Source: Stramenopiles sp. TOSAG23-3 (Eukaryota). From it: a stretch of DNA of 44,226 nucleotides. The stretch lies in the NCBI GenBank assembly GCA_900128585.1, contig LT642175.1, positions 1-44,226 of the forward strand, given 5' to 3'. The translations under genes were made by a program, and so were the position numbers. This document shows, one piece after another, positions 39,722 to 44,226 of the stretch; the stretch's first letter is position 1; each line of letters starts with the position of its first letter. Below the pieces are notes generated by a model. It saw only the letters and a program-made list of their open reading frames with translations. It searched no databases and was not told the DNA's origin.

Positions 39722-42070
39722 ATGAGGAAAAGAAAAGGCGGCCAAAGCCGAAAAGAAAAACGAAAGCGGAAAAGGGTGGAGAAAAAGAGCAAAAAACATG
39801 CGTCTTTTCTGGCCCGACACAAGGCAGGACCTCTGGCGGAGGAAGGTGGCAGTGAAAACGTTGGAAAAGTCTCACCGGGTCCTAAAAATAACAGCAAAGT
39901 CGCTCGGAAAGTTCAGCGCACACAGCCAGAGTATTTCCTCGAAGATCCCGACGACAGAGAAATAGCTTATTTAGAAAAGCGCCTGGGGCTTAAGAAGAGC
40001 AGTGGAGAAAGCAATGGCAGCAAGCTGCGAAAAGAGCTCACACAGGAGGATGGCTTTGATGAAGAGTTTTTGGAATGGCTGGACCGTGCTCCGAAATCTC
40101 TCTCTGCCGACGCAGGGGAGACTGTGGACACCCCGGCACAAAAATCAACGGTGTGGACGCGAAACGTTGACGATGAACATAGTCGAGCGCCTCGGCACAA
40201 AGAGCTTTCTCCTGAAGACGAGGAAATCCAGTACCTTGAAAAAAAATTGGGTATGCACAAAGGGACCGGTGCGGGGAAACTTGAGAAAGAGCTGAAGGGC
40301 GAAGATGGCTTTGACGAAGAGTTTGTGGACTGGATGACACGGTCTTCCTCCGTTGGTAACCACGGCGCCGAAGAGAGTGTAGAAATCGTTCCCCAAATAG
40401 TACAGGCGGGCAACGAGCTGTCAAGCGAAACGGACGGCGACAGCGACGATTCAGCCGATGGTGATCGCTTTTTGTACAATGCCGCCCCGAGCGCTGATGA
40501 CATTTACGGGCAAATAAAAGTAGTGGCAGGGCAAAGCACGGATGGAACGCCAGGCGACAAGTACATCCCGCCACACTTACGTGGCAGGAAGAAAAGCGCG
40601 GGGTCTGTGTCAAAGCCCCTTGAGCGGCAAGTTCAGGGGCTTCTAAACCGGCTTGTCATTGAAAACATAGAGACCGTTTCCACTAGCATGTGCGAGCTAT
40701 ACGAAGAAAATAGCGTGGCTGCCGTAAACGAGGTGTTGGTGTCTGCAGTAGTTGCTTGCGCAAAAGACCAGTTGAACCCCCTGCCTTTCTCTGCGCTAAT
40801 TATCGCTTTGTCCGTCTCTGTTCACGGTGGCATCAACACCTTGTCGGCGTTCGTTGAGCGTGTCACCGACGATATCGTTCTTTCAATGTCACAGACGGGA
40901 ATGGATTACAAGAAGGACGAATCAATGTTCCTGTATGTTCTGATTAGCCAACTGTACCTTCTCGATGGAGTTGCGTGTACTCTGGTCGCCGACATCGTCG
41001 CACGGCTGGCAAAATCCATGTCGACCGTGAACGTGTACCGCTTGCTATCGATCCTTGGCTCGTGTGGAAGAAATTTGAGGAAAAAGTCGCCAGGGACTAT
41101 ATCCCTTGTTTTTGACAATGCTCAAGAGCTGGTGGGCAACAGCAGCGACGACACACAATCCCAACAACGGATATGTGTTCAGGCGTTGTTTGATCGCATC
41201 ATTGCACTGAAGAACAACCGTGATGCCCCGTCGGCATCTGAGGTAGAGAATGTGTCGAGGGTTAAAAAATGGTTGTCTAGTTACAAAAAAAAGACCCATG
41301 GCGAGCAAATCCCAACGCTGCGCCTCAACTTAAAAGACATTGTTGACCGAGAAAAGAGTGGGCGGTGGTGGATTGTTGGGGCATCTTGGAAAAAAGATAC
41401 CGACGGAGAGAGTGGCCGGCCCGAACAGTTTGGTACAAAAGCGACAGGGTCTTCGAAAGCTGTTGGGAGAAAAGAAGTTTTTGGTGCAATAATGGGGGGG
41501 CACGACGTCGAGGATTCTTTGAATAAAGTCCTGAAACTGAAGTTCAAGAGCAAAGTGCAGGAACGAACCATCATGCTCACCGTTATAGATTGCAATTGTC
41601 GTGGAAAGCAGTACAACCCATTTTTTGCTCTGCTTGGGGCACGATTGTGCCAGGTAAACCCAGATCACAAATTTACCCTCAAAGTGCAATATTGGGACTT
41701 TTGGAAGTCTTGTGAAGAAAAAAGCATTCGGGTCATTTCCAACAGTGCTAAATTCTTTGCTCACATGATCGCAAATTTTGTTTTGTCTTTTGCAGTTTGC
41801 AAAGTTTTAAGTTGGAAAAGCATGGACGAAAAGCTGAAAATATTTTTCAACGTTGTCTTCGAAACGCTGCTGCGTAACTGCGATAACGCAACATTGTTTT
41901 CAATTTTTGATAGAATCACTTCGAACCGGGAAGACCACCAATCGGTTAAGTCTGGGTTGAAGCACCGCTTTAAATACTTCGTGATGGACAATAAACGAAG
42001 TGTTCGAATGCAAGAGGAAAAGGTTGGAATTGTCTTGAAGGGGCTTAACAAAGGAATTAGCGGGCTATAA
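39722..42070 (+). CDS. NOM1: Nucleolar MIF4G/MA3 protein NOM1/Sgd1
   Basis: EIAYLEKRLGL, KYIPPHLR, RQVQGLLNRL, GRWWIVGASW, RKEVFGAIMG, YNPFFALL and FTLKVQYWDF. Confidence 0.92.
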   Translation: MRKRKGGQSRKEKRKRKRVEKKSKKHASFLARHKAGPLAEEGGSENVGKVSPGPKNNSKVARKVQRTQPEYFLEDPDDREIAYLEKRLGLKKSSGESNGSKLRKELTQEDGFDEEFLEWLDRAPKSLSADAGETVDTPAQKSTVWTRNVDDEHSRAPRHKELSPEDEEIQYLEKKLGMHKGTGAGKLEKELKGEDGFDEEFVDWMTRSSSVGNHGAEESVEIVPQIVQAGNELSSETDGDSDDSADGDRFLYNAAPSADDIYGQIKVVAGQSTDGTPGDKYIPPHLRGRKKSAGSVSKPLERQVQGLLNRLVIENIETVSTSMCELYEENSVAAVNEVLVSAVVACAKDQLNPLPFSALIIALSVSVHGGINTLSAFVERVTDDIVLSMSQTGMDYKKDESMFLYVLISQLYLLDGVACTLVADIVARLAKSMSTVNVYRLLSILGSCGRNLRKKSPGTISLVFDNAQELVGNSSDDTQSQQRICVQALFDRIIALKNNRDAPSASEVENVSRVKKWLSSYKKKTHGEQIPTLRLNLKDIVDREKSGRWWIVGASWKKDTDGESGRPEQFGTKATGSSKAVGRKEVFGAIMGGHDVEDSLNKVLKLKFKSKVQERTIMLTVIDCNCRGKQYNPFFALLGARLCQVNPDHKFTLKVQYWDFWKSCEEKSIRVISNSAKFFAHMIANFVLSFAVCKVLSWKSMDEKLKIFFNVVFETLLRNCDNATLFSIFDRITSNREDHQSVKSGLKHRFKYFVMDNKRSVRMQEEKVGIVLKGLNKGISGL

Positions 42071-42173
42071 AAGAAGAAAATGGGGGGGGGTTAACATGAA
42101 GCAGCGTTAAAATAAATTCTAGTTAGTTAACCATACGACGTATATATGGTGTGTATTATACGAATTATAATGT

Positions 42174-42253
42174 ATGAGGAAGCTAAATTTAATTATCATA
42201 CTAAAAACAAGAAAATTGGCTGTTTTAATTTTAAAGCCAATTTTCTTGTTTTA
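42174..42253. repeat. Dispersed 3'-gap repeat with inverted duplication of the head (18-bp perfect stem, 42204-42221 / 42235-42252)
   Basis: AAAACAAGAAAATTGGCT-13 nt-AGCCAATTTTCTTGTTTT; adjacent ATGAGGAAGCTAAATTT matches the reverse complement of AAATTTAGCTTTCTCAT in copy B. Confidence 0.9.
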
Positions 42254-42407
42254 TAAATTTTCTTTAAAATATTTGAAATATAAAAAAAACAAATTATATA
42301 GTTTTCAAATATATATTTTTTTCAATTGATCTTAGCTTAAAAACAAATTATCATTTGTTTTTCATACTTGATTAAGTGATTCAGAACTCACAAATCTAGG
42401 TATTTTT

Positions 42408-43458
42408 TTATAACGCAATACTCCGACGACATGTTGAGCCCATTACCCCTCTCCCATTTTTAAATGTAGTCGATGTGTTGTCAAAACTTCCTCCTGGGCT
42501 CTGGCCTTTTCTGGCAAGGGACATTGTTGGGCGCCAAATCGGCATTTTTACTACTGGGATTGCCCCGTCGTGGCCTAGTGGGGACAACAGGTTGTGACGT
42601 TTGGACGGCGATCTTTCTGGACTTGTACGGAGGTGGTTCATTCTCTTTAGGGGCGATTTTCTTTTCAGGAGAGCGCCCATGTACGTGTTTTGTTTTGCCC
42701 TTGACCATTCTCTAAAGTGCTGCGATTCGTAATTCAGCATGTAGTGTGGCATTCACACGGATCAACCTCATGAAAGGGTTCAAACGACCACACATTTCAG
42801 CTTGCCCTGTCGATTCATCGTTGGCATTAACAAATGATCCGATCATGGCCCCGGGTCGACCGTAACGGCGGTTGCGAAGCCTCAAGCCCAGCGGAAGGCG
42901 TGGGAAAATGACATCAAACTCGCCGATATGATTGTCGTCGGGGACATACTGGGGTACCCTTTCGGCCTCTTCGGTCGGAGCGGCAACTACGACTCTCGAC
43001 ATCACTCTCCCTCTGCCACTATTCCCACCTTCTTCATCGTCTTCCATAACTTCCCGCACCATCTCCACCCTGGGCTTCGGGGGCGGGGGGGCAAACTTCA
43101 GCACTTTCCGCCGCCGGTCTGTTTCCGATCGGTCGTAATCCAATATTATATGCAGGTGCCTCATCCATTCGTATTTCGGCGCCAAGGTGTCGTTATATTT
43201 GTTGTCATCTTCTACGAACCCACGTCGTTTGCGAACTTTCATGTGGCCCTCAAGCAACTCGCACACGTCGTTCACTGAACCCACAATCGATGCGGTTTTC
43301 AAGAATTCGCTCAAGGCAACTATTTTAATGTAGTCTTTCGCTACGTTTATGCGAATGGTAAGGGTATGGTTCAACCGTTTGAAATAGACATGCTCTAGCT
43401 TGACTACATCGACGGGAAACGTCTCCGCCTCGTCGCCCGCGTTTGCGCCCGATGCCAT
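42408..43458 (-). CDS. Hypothetical protein with truncated PDZ-like domain; frame break near 42750
   Basis: ORF from ATG 43458 to stop 42712 has FDVIFPRLPLGLRL..GQAEMCGRLNPFMRLIRVN; coding-like sequence continues in another frame (42752-42408). Confidence 0.6.
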
Positions 43459-44148
43459 CTCTCCAACTGTGTAAGAATAGCCCAAGGCTTTAAATGTGCA
43501 CTGTGTGAAAACGTGCTCCTGGTATAACAACAGATCCAACAAAATGCAACAAAAAGCTCACACGCCACAGAAACTAATGGGGTTTCATTTCTTCTTTGTA
43601 TAAAAGCGATGCGCCTCTTCTTCTTTTTTCCTTTTGTGTGTGTTTTTATATTATATATATATTTTATTAATAATTGTTTATTATTATATTTTATACTATA
43701 TATTATTATTATTTTTACTCTACTTCCGCCGCCCCGTACCCCGTATACGTATACACATATTCTATTAAATACTCCCTCCTCCTCCTCTCCTTCTTCTTCT
43801 TCTTCTTCTTCTTCTTTCTTCTTCATTCACATCTCATAAACGGATCTATAGTCGTCTCGACTAATTAAAATATAAAGAAAGACGACGATTGATTATTAAC
43901 TTATAATAGGCAAATACCAAGTAAAATATAATAGTTCACATATTGAGACTCATATATTCGTCTTTGTATTTTTTATATAGAGCCAATATATTAACTATAA
44001 CAACTATGGGGAGACTAACGTAAATAAATTAATAGCAGTAGTACCATCTATTATTTAAGTCAACGCTCTCGAGTCCACGACCTCGTACATTGTACATACA
44101 CTACTATTACTATAAATAATAAAAGAAAGACTTTAAAAATTTAATAAT

Positions 44149-44226
44149 GAAGAAAGGGAAGAAGAAGAAGAAGAAGAAGAAGAAGAAGAAGAAAGAAGAA
44201 GAAGAAGAAGAAGAAGAAGAAGAAGA
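44149..44226. repeat. (GAA)n microsatellite running to the window end
   Basis: Read directly from the sequence. Confidence 0.95.

Overview
Gene-dense eukaryotic nuclear DNA, probably from a flagellated protist (stramenopile-like is an inference, not established). About 21 protein-coding genes use the standard code and are almost all intronless; only MYCBP/FAP174 is clearly spliced (2 GT-AG introns). Coding regions are of moderate to high GC. Upstream regions are long, very AT-rich and full of GAA/CTT/TAA tracts, while tail-to-tail gaps are short. Recognisable genes: mitochondrial ferredoxin, LARP4-like, SDE2 fused to SPRY, PCCB, a 3xKH protein, ATAD5/Elg1, Mis12, MYCBP, NF-YA, a PH-filamin protein, an EF-hand protein, GRASP, GLG1 and NOM1. 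I saw no rRNA, tRNA, CRISPR array or transposase. The main unexplained structure is a dispersed repeat of up to about 190 bp (head AAAACAAGAAAATTGGCTGTT, core CTCATGTACCGCGAAA). It sits in 5 of the 7 convergent 3'-3' gaps, forms an 18-bp perfect hairpin at one locus, and has no full copy in the divergent gaps. All calls are by-eye motif recognition; no database search was run.
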